This document shows positions 10,056 to 20,320 of a DNA stretch of 64,000 bases, piece by piece. The position numbers and the translations under genes are program-made. A model generated the notes under the pieces. It made no database searches and was not told the origin of the DNA. It saw only the letters and a list, made by a program, of their open reading frames with translations. The stretch lies in the IMG/VR virus record IMGVR_UViG_3300031787_000063, positions 1 to 64,000 of that record; one strand, written 5' to 3'. Origin of the DNA: a virus. The number at the start of each line of letters is the position of its first letter. The first letter of the stretch is position 1.

Positions 10056-10438
10056 AAAGATCCTTTATAATTTTATTAAGTATAGTTATTAGTTTTATGT
10101 TATTATATCCTCAGGCACATGCTCAGGATGTAAAAGTAGTTAAAAAGGGAGAGGTTGTGCCATTTGATGGAGTTCTATTCACAAAAGAACTTGAAAAAAC
10201 TATTAGAATGGATATACAATTAGCTGAAAAAAAGGTAGAAACTTTGAGTGAACTTAATGATCTTAATGAAAAAGAGATTGATATTTTAACTAAGCGTCTA
10301 AACCTATATCAAGAAAAAACTATAGAAATGGCAGATAGGGAAGTAAGTAATGAGAATAGTACATTTTGGAAGCATACTATTTACTTTTTGTCTGGAGCTA
10401 TAATAACAGGATTGATCTCCTATGGCGTTAACAGATGA
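10052..10438 (+). CDS. signal peptide + coiled coil + C-terminal TM protein (spanin-like candidate)
   Basis: AHA signal cleavage site, coiled coil, hydrophobic C-terminus. Confidence 0.45.
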   Translation: MKRSFIILLSIVISFMLLYPQAHAQDVKVVKKGEVVPFDGVLFTKELEKTIRMDIQLAEKKVETLSELNDLNEKEIDILTKRLNLYQEKTIEMADREVSNENSTFWKHTIYFLSGAIITGLISYGVNR

Positions 10439-10772
10439 CGAGCTTTTAGAGTTAGCTAAAAAAGATATAGAAGAAACAGAAGATCTTCACGATGTTTGGT
10501 ATTACCAACAGTCTCATTGTATATTCGATGGCAATTATGCCATACTAACAAACCATCTTTATTTCCACTATAAAAACTGGTCAATTAATCCCATAAGTCT
10601 TGATATTTTTATAGACTTCATAAAATTAAATACTAAAAATAAAAATTTCCTACTAATAGATAAAAATAAATGTAGTATAATAGTAGAGAAACTAATAGGA
10701 GATTATGTCAAAAACCAAAGGCAAATCCAAAAAGAAAAGAGATTTAGAAAAATATCCAGCTCTAAATCCTAG
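10422..10772 (+). CDS. hypothetical protein
   Basis: ORF overlapping both neighbours. Confidence 0.55.
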   Translation: MALTDDELLELAKKDIEETEDLHDVWYYQQSHCIFDGNYAILTNHLYFHYKNWSINPISLDIFIDFIKLNTKNKNFLLIDKNKCSIIVEKLIGDYVKNQRQIQKEKRFRKISSSKS

Positions 10773-11289
10773 ACTTAATGCCAAAACTAGATTTGAAGTT
10801 TTGGATATGGATTATTTAAAAAAACTAAGTGACGAAGAATTAAAATATATGAACCAGTTTATGGGTGAGTATGTTAGTGGAGCTTTTAAAAAAGATGAAA
10901 CAGGAGATTATAGTGAGCAAAATCTTCATAAAACAGCAGAAGAAAGAAGGGAGTGCTATACTAGAAACAATACTAGAAACAGATGTGGATTGACAATATC
11001 TAACGCTACAGGGCAAACATTACGAGCTGATAATATACAAGACTTTATGGATAGTATTACGGACGTAGATGAATTAACACAATCAATAAACAAATTAAGC
11101 GATATGGTACTAGATGATTACGATGGGGAGTATTCACTTCTTGAAGAAGATGTATTACGTGAAATGATAGAGGATTATAATAAGTGTATAGACCCCAAAA
11201 CTGAGGCAGATAAAAAACTTGCTGAATCTAACTATGGAAAATCTTTAATTTCAAAATTTAACAATTCCCAATTTAACAAGGAAAAGTAA
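10705..11289 (+). CDS. hypothetical protein
   Basis: AGGAG SD; last gene of the + block. Confidence 0.7.
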   Translation: MSKTKGKSKKKRDLEKYPALNPRLNAKTRFEVLDMDYLKKLSDEELKYMNQFMGEYVSGAFKKDETGDYSEQNLHKTAEERRECYTRNNTRNRCGLTISNATGQTLRADNIQDFMDSITDVDELTQSINKLSDMVLDDYDGEYSLLEEDVLREMIEDYNKCIDPKTEADKKLAESNYGKSLISKFNNSQFNKEK

Positions 11290-11574
11290 AGTTGCGGCTA
11301 ATGTTGGTATTACATATTTAAAAACAAGATTAACTAAATTTACATGATCTCGTATAGGATTCAGTTTTAATTCTAGTTCTGTCAAAAGATTATCTTCTTT
11401 TTCTTCAAATTTTTGCTGCATTAATTCTATTCTTTTTTCAGCTAAATCTGTTCTCTTTTCATGCAAAATTAAAGATTGAGTGTTTTCAGCTAGAATAATA
11501 TTAGTTTGATGCAATTTTTCAGTAATGGCATCTAATTTATCTTCTATTTTTGAAAGTCTATCTTTCTCGCTCAT
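11251..11574 (-). CDS. coiled-coil protein with C-terminal TM (XhlA/holin-like)
   Basis: RLSKIEDKLD coiled coil, hydrophobic C-terminus. Confidence 0.55.
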   Translation of the reverse strand: MSEKDRLSKIEDKLDAITEKLHQTNIILAENTQSLILHEKRTDLAEKRIELMQQKFEEKEDNLLTELELKLNPIRDHVNLVNLVFKYVIPTLAATLLFLVKLGIVKF

Positions 11575-11576
11575 AA

Positions 11577-13862
11577 CTACTCTTTTTGTTCAGATTTAGG
11601 TTGGTTTCCTGATAATTCTTCCATATATTTTCTAAAGGGAGCATACGACATTAGCGTATTTAAAATAGCCATCCTTCTCATTTCATCTTTTTGCTCAATG
11701 GCTTGAGAAAGATAATTACTCATATACTTCATAACTGGACTATTTCCTACGACTGGATCATTATCCATGGTATCTTTAATTGTTCTTAGTACTGAAGTAT
11801 CTGGGCTTACTAAAGTAGTAGTAGGTAGATATGGAATTGGACCTTTTACCCCTTTCTTTGCAGCCGCACCAATTTGTGCTATGACGTTTGGAATTTCAAC
11901 TGGAAGATCCGTAAGTTTTCTTGATATACCTTTCTCTCTTAAGTTAGGCTCGATTGTACCACCTTGCATATAACGAAATACTTCAATATCCCCTAGGATA
12001 GGTTTTAAATCTTTTTCTAATTGAGCTTTTACTTCTGGCAAAGCTTGTTCGAGATTCTGCATAGCCTGTACGTATTTTTCTCTAGCAATCTTACCAGCTA
12101 CAGTATCTTTTGGTTGATTGAGCAAAGTTCTATATAGGGTTTCAATGTCTTTTAAAGTATCCTCAGGTCTTCTGCCTTGGTGTATATTCCCCAATATTTC
12201 AGAAGCTGTCATAATTTTATTACTTTTGCTGTTTAATATTGACATAGGAGAAGAAGATTGAATTATTGTATCTAGATTTTGTTTCGCTTCTTTTTCTGCT
12301 TTTATCAAAGCTAACTGTAATTTTTCAGGATTTTGTACATCTATGTTTTTACTTTTTAGATTCTGAACACCTTTATTCACAGAGGCTACTAGTTTATTTA
12401 CATCCTTCTCGCTCACTCCTTCTCCTAAAAAAACTGCCATTTTCTTTTTTAGCATATTTTGTAGTTCATCTTGAGGAGTTTCTGCTACAAACTTTCTATA
12501 AATATTTAGCATCTTAGGATCATTAGCCACTACTCTTAGAGCTTGAGCATCATCAATGCTAGTATCTATCATGTTAGCTAGTAAATCTTTTGTTTGCTTA
12601 AGACTGTCTTGTATATCTACTGGAAGATTAGGATCGCTAAATCTAAGCTCATCTAATCTTTTCGCTACTTTATTAACTTCGGCTAGAGATACAATATTTT
12701 CTCCGGCTTCATTTTTTGTTTTATTTAAAATTCCGGAAACTACATTGATAATATCTTTTGCTTTATCTACTGGATATCCTTCTTGCATTAATGATTTTTT
12801 TAAACCATTTAGCGGATCTTTTAAATTAATTTCTCCGTCCGTATTGTCGATAATAAAATCTTTAACTCTTCTAAGGTCATCCAATGTGTTAACCATAGAA
12901 GTTCTAGTATTCTTGGCTATTTCATAAGGAACATCTAAAAGACGAGCTGTGTCTTTTTGAGCAACAAAACCTCTACCTTCCTTTCCAGCTTTAATTGCTT
13001 TTAGAACTATATCTCCAAATTGGCTAGTTTCTCCTCTTGCTATTGTTTCAGCTAAAGAAGATTTCGCAGCATCATACAAAGTACCAGCAGTTTTTCCAGC
13101 ACCAGACAGCGTTCCTCCAAGTAAAGCACCAGATTTAGCACCTCTAGCTAAATCCTCTGGAGTTATATCAGTTTTAACTCTACCTGCTTCATAGGCAGCT
13201 CCTTGTACAGCTCCAGCAGCAGCTCCTCTAGTAGCAGCTCCGGCTATTTTTGCTCCTCCTTTAGCTACTTTTGCTAAAGTAGGAACAGTTTTTCCTACTG
13301 CTTGGGCTCCTTTAATAATTTGTGCGGCTTTTGGTATTTTTGATGCTAATCTAGCAATAGATCCAGCAGTACCAACTCCTGCAGTTAGTGGAGCTAAAGC
13401 AGCACCTTGAGCTACCCCTCCAACAAGTCCTCCTGTAAGTGTCCAACCGGGATACTTTTTTTGCATTTCTTCGTATTCAGCTTGTATTTCTGGAAGCAAT
13501 TCTTCTACACTTCTCCCAGTAAGTCTGCTTCTAATCTGAGCTTCTGCTTCATCAGCTCCTTCAAAAGCAGCTTCTTGAATAGCTCCTCTTGTAGCAGCTT
13601 CTAGAGGTCCAGCTACACTCTCGTCAAAGAATTGTTCTGTTGCATTTATTCCGCTTTCCAGTAAGTCTGCTCCTTTTTCTAGGAGATTTTTTTCAGGCAT
13701 TTCAGCAACAAACTTTCTTTTAGGTGCACTTTTTGCAACTGGAGCTACTGTTTCTTGTAATAGATCTTCATCTCCAACTGCTTGAGTTAAATCCATTTCT
13801 TCAGGAGAAACTTCTGAGGGAGTTACCTCTAAAATATCTTCATCGTTAATTATTCTTGCCAT
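11577..13862 (-). CDS. internal virion / DNA ejection protein
   Basis: Ala/Gly-rich TM-like segments, helical; position after the nozzle gene. Confidence 0.6.
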   Translation of the reverse strand: MARIINDEDILEVTPSEVSPEEMDLTQAVGDEDLLQETVAPVAKSAPKRKFVAEMPEKNLLEKGADLLESGINATEQFFDESVAGPLEAATRGAIQEAAFEGADEAEAQIRSRLTGRSVEELLPEIQAEYEEMQKKYPGWTLTGGLVGGVAQGAALAPLTAGVGTAGSIARLASKIPKAAQIIKGAQAVGKTVPTLAKVAKGGAKIAGAATRGAAAGAVQGAAYEAGRVKTDITPEDLARGAKSGALLGGTLSGAGKTAGTLYDAAKSSLAETIARGETSQFGDIVLKAIKAGKEGRGFVAQKDTARLLDVPYEIAKNTRTSMVNTLDDLRRVKDFIIDNTDGEINLKDPLNGLKKSLMQEGYPVDKAKDIINVVSGILNKTKNEAGENIVSLAEVNKVAKRLDELRFSDPNLPVDIQDSLKQTKDLLANMIDTSIDDAQALRVVANDPKMLNIYRKFVAETPQDELQNMLKKKMAVFLGEGVSEKDVNKLVASVNKGVQNLKSKNIDVQNPEKLQLALIKAEKEAKQNLDTIIQSSSPMSILNSKSNKIMTASEILGNIHQGRRPEDTLKDIETLYRTLLNQPKDTVAGKIAREKYVQAMQNLEQALPEVKAQLEKDLKPILGDIEVFRYMQGGTIEPNLREKGISRKLTDLPVEIPNVIAQIGAAAKKGVKGPIPYLPTTTLVSPDTSVLRTIKDTMDNDPVVGNSPVMKYMSNYLSQAIEQKDEMRRMAILNTLMSYAPFRKYMEELSGNQPKSEQKE

Positions 13863-15478
13863 TATTTTTCAACTCCGGTTACTCCATCTTTTTGAATAAT
13901 ATACTGAGATCCGTCTTTTAAAGTTACTGTGTCTCCCGGATTCTTTTTAGTTTTTAAAGTTATTGTATTAGGTTGATTAAATTCGTCTAAAACATCCGAA
14001 TAAACTCCCAAGTCATAATTAAATTTTTCGGCAGTTTTTCTTATAGGAGAAGCATAACTTTTTGTTATATCTGATTTTTTGATTTCTTGAACTTTTCGCA
14101 TAACTCTTTGCATTGCTTGGAGTTCTGCTGGGGTTAAATCACTACCTTTCGATTTAGATTCAATTTTTCCAAGAATATCTCTAATATTCATTCCTCCAGC
14201 TAAAACTTTCATATCTTCATTTCTAACAACTGATTGATCTCCTTGAGCAGTTTTAGCATATCTCATAAATGCTGCTGCAGCCATAGTTTTATAATCGTCC
14301 GCTCCAGATTGTAAAGCCGCTTCTAAAAGAGCATCAGCTTCTTTAGATCCCTTATAAAGAGTATATGCATCGCTTTTTTTCAACTTCTCAACTGCAGAAT
14401 CTACTACTTTGTGAGTTTGAACTTCTCTGTCAAATTGTTTTTTGTCTTGATTAATACCAGACATTTCTCTTTTCAAATCTCTAGTTAACTGATTTTCTTC
14501 TTGTTTTAACTTTCTATTAAGTTCATTCTCTGTTTTTCGTTGATCAAGCTCTTGCTGTTTAAGTTCTCTATCTAGTTTTTCTTTCTGAGTTTTTTGAATA
14601 ATTTCTTGCTTTTTAGCTTCAGACTGTATTCTAGCTTCTGCAACTTTTGCTTTAGCAGATAATTTTGTATATAACGCTTGAGCTAATGTTGGATATAATT
14701 TCTGTACTTGGGCAAAAGTTAAATTTTTAAAATTAGGAAGGTTTTTTACATCTAGATTCAAATCTATTAAAGATTGTCTTGTCATCTCAGACAAAGCACT
14801 ATTTGGATCATTCTTTGCTTGTTCTTGTTCAAGCTCATTTCTAAGTTGAAGATCTTTTATAGGTCTATCTATTCTTTCTTCTAATCCCTTATAAACACTC
14901 AAATCAGCTTTAACAGGTCTTCCTAGTCCCAATCCTCCAAAAGCTGAAGCAACTTTTTTTACAGACTTACTTAAACTTAAACGATCTTTCTCTTGATTTC
15001 GTTTTTTTATTAAATCAGCCATATCAGACTGAGGACTTCTTTGAATTTGTTCTTGTATATCATCAACTTCAGGTTGAGCATCTTCTGTAATTTGAGGTTC
15101 AGGAATATTGGCTTGAACTGCTTGCTCTCTAACTGCTTGCTCTCTAACTGCTTGTTCTTTAGCTGCTTGTTCTTCTGCTTGTTTGAACATAGATTCGTAA
15201 TCTGGAAGCTCTTGTTGAAGAATAGCTTCCTCTTCTTCATCTACTGGAATGTTTAATGGTGGACTTTTTATATCTTGCATATTAACGGGAATATTCTCAT
15301 CATCTACCAATGGTATTTCTCCATCTAGTTTTGGATCGTACATTTCCGAATCACTTGTGTCAATTTCTGACAAATTCGGAACCTCTGGAGTAGTAGCATA
15401 CTGTAAATCTGGGTACAGCTTCGCAGCATGGTCCATTAACTCCGGAGGTAACATTGGTTTTTTTACGTTAATAGCCAT
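13862..15478 (-). CDS. internal virion / ejection protein
   Basis: Acidic N-terminus, coiled coil, EQAVR 15-bp tandem repeats near 15120-15150. Confidence 0.55.
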   Translation of the reverse strand: MAINVKKPMLPPELMDHAAKLYPDLQYATTPEVPNLSEIDTSDSEMYDPKLDGEIPLVDDENIPVNMQDIKSPPLNIPVDEEEEAILQQELPDYESMFKQAEEQAAKEQAVREQAVREQAVQANIPEPQITEDAQPEVDDIQEQIQRSPQSDMADLIKKRNQEKDRLSLSKSVKKVASAFGGLGLGRPVKADLSVYKGLEERIDRPIKDLQLRNELEQEQAKNDPNSALSEMTRQSLIDLNLDVKNLPNFKNLTFAQVQKLYPTLAQALYTKLSAKAKVAEARIQSEAKKQEIIQKTQKEKLDRELKQQELDQRKTENELNRKLKQEENQLTRDLKREMSGINQDKKQFDREVQTHKVVDSAVEKLKKSDAYTLYKGSKEADALLEAALQSGADDYKTMAAAAFMRYAKTAQGDQSVVRNEDMKVLAGGMNIRDILGKIESKSKGSDLTPAELQAMQRVMRKVQEIKKSDITKSYASPIRKTAEKFNYDLGVYSDVLDEFNQPNTITLKTKKNPGDTVTLKDGSQYIIQKDGVTGVEK

Positions 15479-15486
15479 AAATCATC

Positions 15487-15669
15487 CTACATTCTATCAA
15501 TTAAAATTCCATTATCTTTTATAATTCTACTTTCTAACTCAGAAATTACAGATTCTGAAACTTCACTAGAAGGAGAATCAGAAGATGGTGCTGATGGAGC
15601 TGGCGTAGGAGCAACTGGTGATGTATCTTCTGTTTTAATTTCTACTGAGTTTTCTTCATTATTTGACAT
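15487..15669 (-). CDS. small acidic protein
   Basis: AGGAG SD, 60 aa. Confidence 0.55.
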   Translation of the reverse strand: MSNNEENSVEIKTEDTSPVAPTPAPSAPSSDSPSSEVSESVISELESRIIKDNGILIDRM

Positions 15670-15686
15670 AAATTACTCCTTTTATA

Positions 15687-16721
15687 TTATATTGCACTAG
15701 CAGAGGTTCCTGCAAGTCTACGTTTCTTTTCTTCATCAGTTTCTTGTTTAGCAGGTGCTTCCATTTGAGGTTTAGGTGGTTGTTGCGGCTGCTGTTGTTG
15801 AACTGGAGGTTGTTGCTGTTGAGGCTGTTTCGGCTGCTGTGATTGTTGAGGTTGCTGTTGAGGTTGTTGCGGTGGTTGTTGCCCCATTTGTGGCATAGCA
15901 GGATTACTAGCCTGTTGTTGCATTTGATCTCTTGTTGGAGTTGGCGGTTGATTTAACATACCTCTTAATTGATTAAATGGTTGTTGCATCATTTGTTGTT
16001 GACCTCCTGCCATAACCTGATCTAATGTCGTTTGTAAGCTACCTAGAGAATTTCCGGCTGCTCCCATTTGTTGTGAAGGATTGATCCCTCCTGCAGACAT
16101 AGACGGATCACGATCTTTTGATCCACTAGGAACAAGTCGCCAATCTGCAGCACCTCTTCTACCATGCATTGGACCCGTAACCCATTTCATTCCCGGAGGT
16201 GCTGGGCGAGGAGGATTTCTTCTATCATTTTGTAATCTTTCTTGCAAAGATCCCGGAGGCGGTCTATTAATAGGGTTTTTTCCTCTAGGAGGTTTTGCTC
16301 CTCCTATCATCCTTTCTCCCAAACTCGCCATTCCACCAGAACCCGGACCTAAAGTTTGAAGTCTAGGCTTGTCAGTAGTAGATCTACCGTAAGGATTTAA
16401 GCCTTTGGCAGATTCCATTTCAGCTCGTCTTTCTTCTGGGGAAAGAGCCGCACGTCTTTCTTGTTGTGCTATTTGTTCTGGAGTCCTAGGGCTTAGTTTT
16501 TCCATTTCAACTTCTCTATCAAATAACTGTGCTGGAGGTTTTCCTCCTTCAACTGGTCTGTTATTGCTTGGAGGTCGCTGTACAGGTCTTTTTCCTCTTC
16601 TTGGACCGCTTAAACGAAACGCTTCTGATGCTCGTCTAGCATTTTCAGGTGTGGTTCTACTACGGGATCTTGAAGAAGATCCTGAAAATCCGCTTAATGA
16701 ATTAGCTAAATTACCAAACAT
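15687..16721 (-). CDS. disordered Pro/Gln/Arg-rich virion-associated protein
   Basis: Low-complexity PQ tract; GGAG SD. Confidence 0.6.
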   Translation of the reverse strand: MFGNLANSLSGFSGSSSRSRSRTTPENARRASEAFRLSGPRRGKRPVQRPPSNNRPVEGGKPPAQLFDREVEMEKLSPRTPEQIAQQERRAALSPEERRAEMESAKGLNPYGRSTTDKPRLQTLGPGSGGMASLGERMIGGAKPPRGKNPINRPPPGSLQERLQNDRRNPPRPAPPGMKWVTGPMHGRRGAADWRLVPSGSKDRDPSMSAGGINPSQQMGAAGNSLGSLQTTLDQVMAGGQQQMMQQPFNQLRGMLNQPPTPTRDQMQQQASNPAMPQMGQQPPQQPQQQPQQSQQPKQPQQQQPPVQQQQPQQPPKPQMEAPAKQETDEEKKRRLAGTSASAI

Positions 16722-16736
16722 GACTACTCTCCTATA

Positions 16737-19106
16737 TTATTTTTTTGTATTTGCGTTATTAAAACTTTGAGCCGTTGTTGGTTTATTCAAATCTTTTTTT
16801 TGTCTTAAAGTTTGTCCAGTTTTTATTAAATTGGGATTGTCACCTATTAAATCTTTGTTGGCTTCATAAGCTTCTTTCCAATTAGAATATCCTAAATCTT
16901 TATATCTAGTACCTAAAGTATCGCCTTTTTGAATAGTATACGATCCTCTATTTATAGCTTGATTTACCTGACCTTGCGTTGGCATATTAGGATTTGGTAA
17001 CGCTGGTCTAGGAGCTGGTTTAGGTTGAACCGCAGGTTTAGGTTGATTCATTTTATCTACTTGACCTTGGATGTCAGCAGGTAAGGTGTATGTTTGTGGT
17101 TTTGCAGGAGGTTGGTTTGCAGGGGGTTGGTTTGCAGGGGGTTGGTTTGCAGGGGGTTGTTCAGCAGCAGGTTTTCTTCCTGCTTGTTGAGCTTGTAGTT
17201 TTTCCTGAGCCCGTCTTTTATCTCTTTCTAGTGGTGATTCATATATATTTAAGCCTGTTCGAGCTAAATCTGCACCAGATGATATTAAATTTTGTTTTGC
17301 AACAGCTTCATTCATAGCCATATTTGCAAGATCTCCACGAACTCCTCCAACTTGTTTTAGAGTTTCTAATCTAGTACCAGATTGAGCTTTTGCTAAATCT
17401 GCTTCTTCTTGAGTTTGTTGTCTAGATAAATTAGTTCCTCTTTGTATATCTTGTTCTAGTCTTTGACTAGCAGAGGCTTCTCTTGCTAAGTTAGTTTCAG
17501 ATTGAGTTCCCATTACAGATTGTCCACCAGCCAATGCAGAAGCCAAAGCAGAACCTGCTCCAGTAGCTCCTTGTCCCATTCTAGCCATTTGCTCTAAAGC
17601 AGCAGCTCTAGCTCCTGCAGCAGCTCTACCAGCTCGAATATCTCCTTCTTGCTGCATTTTCTTTTCTTCAGCAGTTATTCCTCCGCCAGCAATTCTGTCT
17701 GCTATAAACTTTCTTTCCTGTTTATATCTTTCAGGATCATAAGTCATTTCTGCAAACTTTTTATCAGATGCTTGTAATTCTTCTAATTGTTCTTTTGAGT
17801 ATCCTTTAGCTTTGCCAAATCCTTCTTGTCCAGCCTCATAAGCTAATGCTGCTTCTGCTGCACCTATTCCAGTATCTACTAATCCCCTATTTCTACCCAC
17901 AAAGTTACCGATACCAGTAGTAATGTCATTAAAACCATCTCCTATACTATCAAAAAATCCACCTTGATCTGCTTGTCCGGCTGGACCTCTACCTGCTTGA
18001 AAACCATCTCCAAATCCAAAAAGATCTTTTAACATTGCAGTATTTTCTGATCCTTTTCCTCCTGCTCCTAAATCTGGAAGTTTAATGCCGGGAATGTTTG
18101 GAAGTTTCATACCTGACATTCCTAAACTTGGCAATAATCCGCTAGTGCTAAATCCAGCACCTAAATTTTGTATTGACTTTAACCAATCAGATCCTCCACC
18201 TCCAGCTCCCGACGATCCTCCTCCCATTCCCATATCTGGAAGTAGTCCCTGAGTAGCTCTTTGAAGACGATCCATTGAAAACTTACCGCCAGCAAGTTCA
18301 TCAATCGCTTTAAATCTGGTTGGGTCCATATATCCACTAGCTCCTATTAACCCCATTGCAAGATCTCTATTATTGCCTGTTACGGCTCCGCCTAAGGCTC
18401 TAGAAAAATCTTCTCCAAATCCTAAAGCTCCTCCTAGACTTTGACCTATTCCCTTTTTATCTCCTGTAGCTAAGGAACCTATCAAATTTGAAGTATTTCC
18501 TCCAAATCCTAGTCCTCCGGCTAAACCTGATATTAAGCCTTTTTTATCTCCTGTTAATGCAGAACTTGCCATTCTCATAGCATTAGGGTTTGCTAAGGCA
18601 CTCATAAAAGGATTACTGCTACCTGCAAAACTGCTCATAGCCCCAGATGATCCCAAACTACCCAATCCAGCTAACGCAGCTCCTTTTAAATCTCCCCTAG
18701 CTAATGCAGAGCCTCCTTGTAAAGCTTGCATCATTGTAGGACTAAAACCAGCTAAAGAACCTACTGCCCCAGCAGCTTGACCTAAATCAAATTTACCACT
18801 AGAAGCCATATTTCCTAAAGAGCTAACTGCTCCATAGGCTCCTCCAGTTAAAGCATTCCCTGCTAATTGTGTCAATAGAGGAGCGTATTGTTCCATTCCT
18901 TTTTTAGATTCTCTTGTTATATTAGAACCAGCTTTTACGATATCTTTACTACCAACAGTTCTTCCCACTTGGGATACAGTATCCCCAACACCTTTTGAAA
19001 CACCAGTTCCAACATCTTTTACGGCTTTAGTAACTGTTTTTCCAACGTCTCCGATGGCTTTTCCAACAGATCCTAAAAACCCACCTTTCTTTTTTTTCCC
19101 ACCCAT
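16737..19106 (-). CDS. Gly-rich ejection protein with C-terminal LysM domain
   Basis: YTIQKGDTL...WKEAYEANKDLIGDNPNLIKTGQTL LysM; QPPAN tandem repeats; MGG start. Confidence 0.7.
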   Translation of the reverse strand: MGGKKKKGGFLGSVGKAIGDVGKTVTKAVKDVGTGVSKGVGDTVSQVGRTVGSKDIVKAGSNITRESKKGMEQYAPLLTQLAGNALTGGAYGAVSSLGNMASSGKFDLGQAAGAVGSLAGFSPTMMQALQGGSALARGDLKGAALAGLGSLGSSGAMSSFAGSSNPFMSALANPNAMRMASSALTGDKKGLISGLAGGLGFGGNTSNLIGSLATGDKKGIGQSLGGALGFGEDFSRALGGAVTGNNRDLAMGLIGASGYMDPTRFKAIDELAGGKFSMDRLQRATQGLLPDMGMGGGSSGAGGGGSDWLKSIQNLGAGFSTSGLLPSLGMSGMKLPNIPGIKLPDLGAGGKGSENTAMLKDLFGFGDGFQAGRGPAGQADQGGFFDSIGDGFNDITTGIGNFVGRNRGLVDTGIGAAEAALAYEAGQEGFGKAKGYSKEQLEELQASDKKFAEMTYDPERYKQERKFIADRIAGGGITAEEKKMQQEGDIRAGRAAAGARAAALEQMARMGQGATGAGSALASALAGGQSVMGTQSETNLAREASASQRLEQDIQRGTNLSRQQTQEEADLAKAQSGTRLETLKQVGGVRGDLANMAMNEAVAKQNLISSGADLARTGLNIYESPLERDKRRAQEKLQAQQAGRKPAAEQPPANQPPANQPPANQPPAKPQTYTLPADIQGQVDKMNQPKPAVQPKPAPRPALPNPNMPTQGQVNQAINRGSYTIQKGDTLGTRYKDLGYSNWKEAYEANKDLIGDNPNLIKTGQTLRQKKDLNKPTTAQSFNNANTKK

Positions 19107-19108
19107 AT

Positions 19109-19462
19109 CTATATTTCCTTAAAATAAAATTCCATTTCTTCGGATTCGTTAAATAAGACCATCCCGTAACTTGATAATGCTAACCTAGATAATTCTTTAT
19201 TATTAGCATCTTTGTGGATTGATCCAGTTATTCTAGTTATTCCATTTTCTTTTGCAATAGAACAAACCTTATCTGCTAAACTTCTAGCAGCAAATCCTTT
19301 ATTTCTCATTTCTGGAATAACATATAAATCTTCAATATAACACTCATTATCTTCTTTATTTAAGTGGAATGTTATAAATCCTAAATTAGTGTAATGAATT
19401 CTAGGTCCAAATCCTTTTTCTTCTGAGTAATGCTTAAACATTTTTTCTAAAATATTGTCCAT
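19109..19462 (-). CDS. GNAT acetyltransferase-like protein
   Basis: YIEDLYVIPEMRNKGFA acetyl-CoA motif A. Confidence 0.8.
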   Translation of the reverse strand: MDNILEKMFKHYSEEKGFGPRIHYTNLGFITFHLNKEDNECYIEDLYVIPEMRNKGFAARSLADKVCSIAKENGITRITGSIHKDANNKELSRLALSSYGMVLFNESEEMEFYFKEI

Positions 19463-19466
19463 ACAA

Positions 19467-19790
19467 TTACTCTATTTCCTTATAATAAAAAATCATAGCA
19501 CCCTCTTCAGTATAAGGAATAAAACCTAAGGCTAACATAAACTTATGAGATGACTCCCAATTAAGAGCTTCTCTATCAGTACATCCGTATGTTACTTTTG
19601 GTTTAGTTTTTTCGATTAGTTCATCCCATAGTTTTTTTGTAGCTCCAGATTTTCTATGCTCTTTCTCTACAAAAACATCTATGATCATAATTTCGGTTTC
19701 GTTTAATTGTCGATATGTTACGAAACTAAAATCGTTATATATGATTTTAGCTCCCTCTCTTTCTTCTATGTATTTTTCCCAGAGTTTCAT
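19467..19790 (-). CDS. GNAT acetyltransferase-like protein (paralogue)
   Basis: IIDVFVEKEHRKSGAT, LGF motif; same FYxKEI C-terminus as neighbour. Confidence 0.75.
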   Translation of the reverse strand: MKLWEKYIEEREGAKIIYNDFSFVTYRQLNETEIMIIDVFVEKEHRKSGATKKLWDELIEKTKPKVTYGCTDREALNWESSHKFMLALGFIPYTEEGAMIFYYKEIE

Positions 19791-19816
19791 ACTATCTCCA
19801 ACATATCTCTATTAAA

Positions 19817-19826
19817 TATTTGTTAT
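19817..19826 (-). promoter_or_regulatory. putative late promoter ATAACAAATA
   Basis: Exact motif in intergenic gap; recurs ahead of late genes. Confidence 0.65.
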
Positions 19827-19828
19827 TA

Positions 19829-20320
19829 TTAACTAATAGCTAATAAAATTAATCTATAGTTTACGCCCGGTTTTAACCCTGCGATATGACGTATGTACGA
19901 AGTAGAACCAATGGTTTCAGTAGTTAGAAATGGTGCTGCTATAGGAAATAATCCAGAGCTGTCTAGTCCTATGTTATCTCCATTTTCAGTAATTAAGGTG
20001 TCACCGTCCTCCGCAGCTAGAAATTCTCCTAATCCTGACTGACCAGCATCTAATAGAACTATATTAATACAAATATAACCTTTTAAATTTTTTAAATTAG
20101 TGAGAAGTCTTTGATTTATCTGAGGTACTCCTGATTCATCTACTTTAGTGTCTAAGATCTTAAATTCAAAAGGTAAGTTATCGTCTACAGTAAAATTTTT
20201 ATTAAATCCAATTACAAGTTTATCAATAAAAGGATTCAATATTCCACCTAGAGTATCAGCTAATTGCTTCTGCTCCTCTGGGAAATCATTGGTTTTTATC
20301 CTAACTGATTGTAATTTCAT
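19829..20320 (-). CDS. virion structural protein
   Basis: Follows nozzle gene; carries an LAAEDG..LITENG motif. Confidence 0.55.
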   Translation of the reverse strand: MKLQSVRIKTNDFPEEQKQLADTLGGILNPFIDKLVIGFNKNFTVDDNLPFEFKILDTKVDESGVPQINQRLLTNLKNLKGYICINIVLLDAGQSGLGEFLAAEDGDTLITENGDNIGLDSSGLFPIAAPFLTTETIGSTSYIRHIAGLKPGVNYRLILLAIS

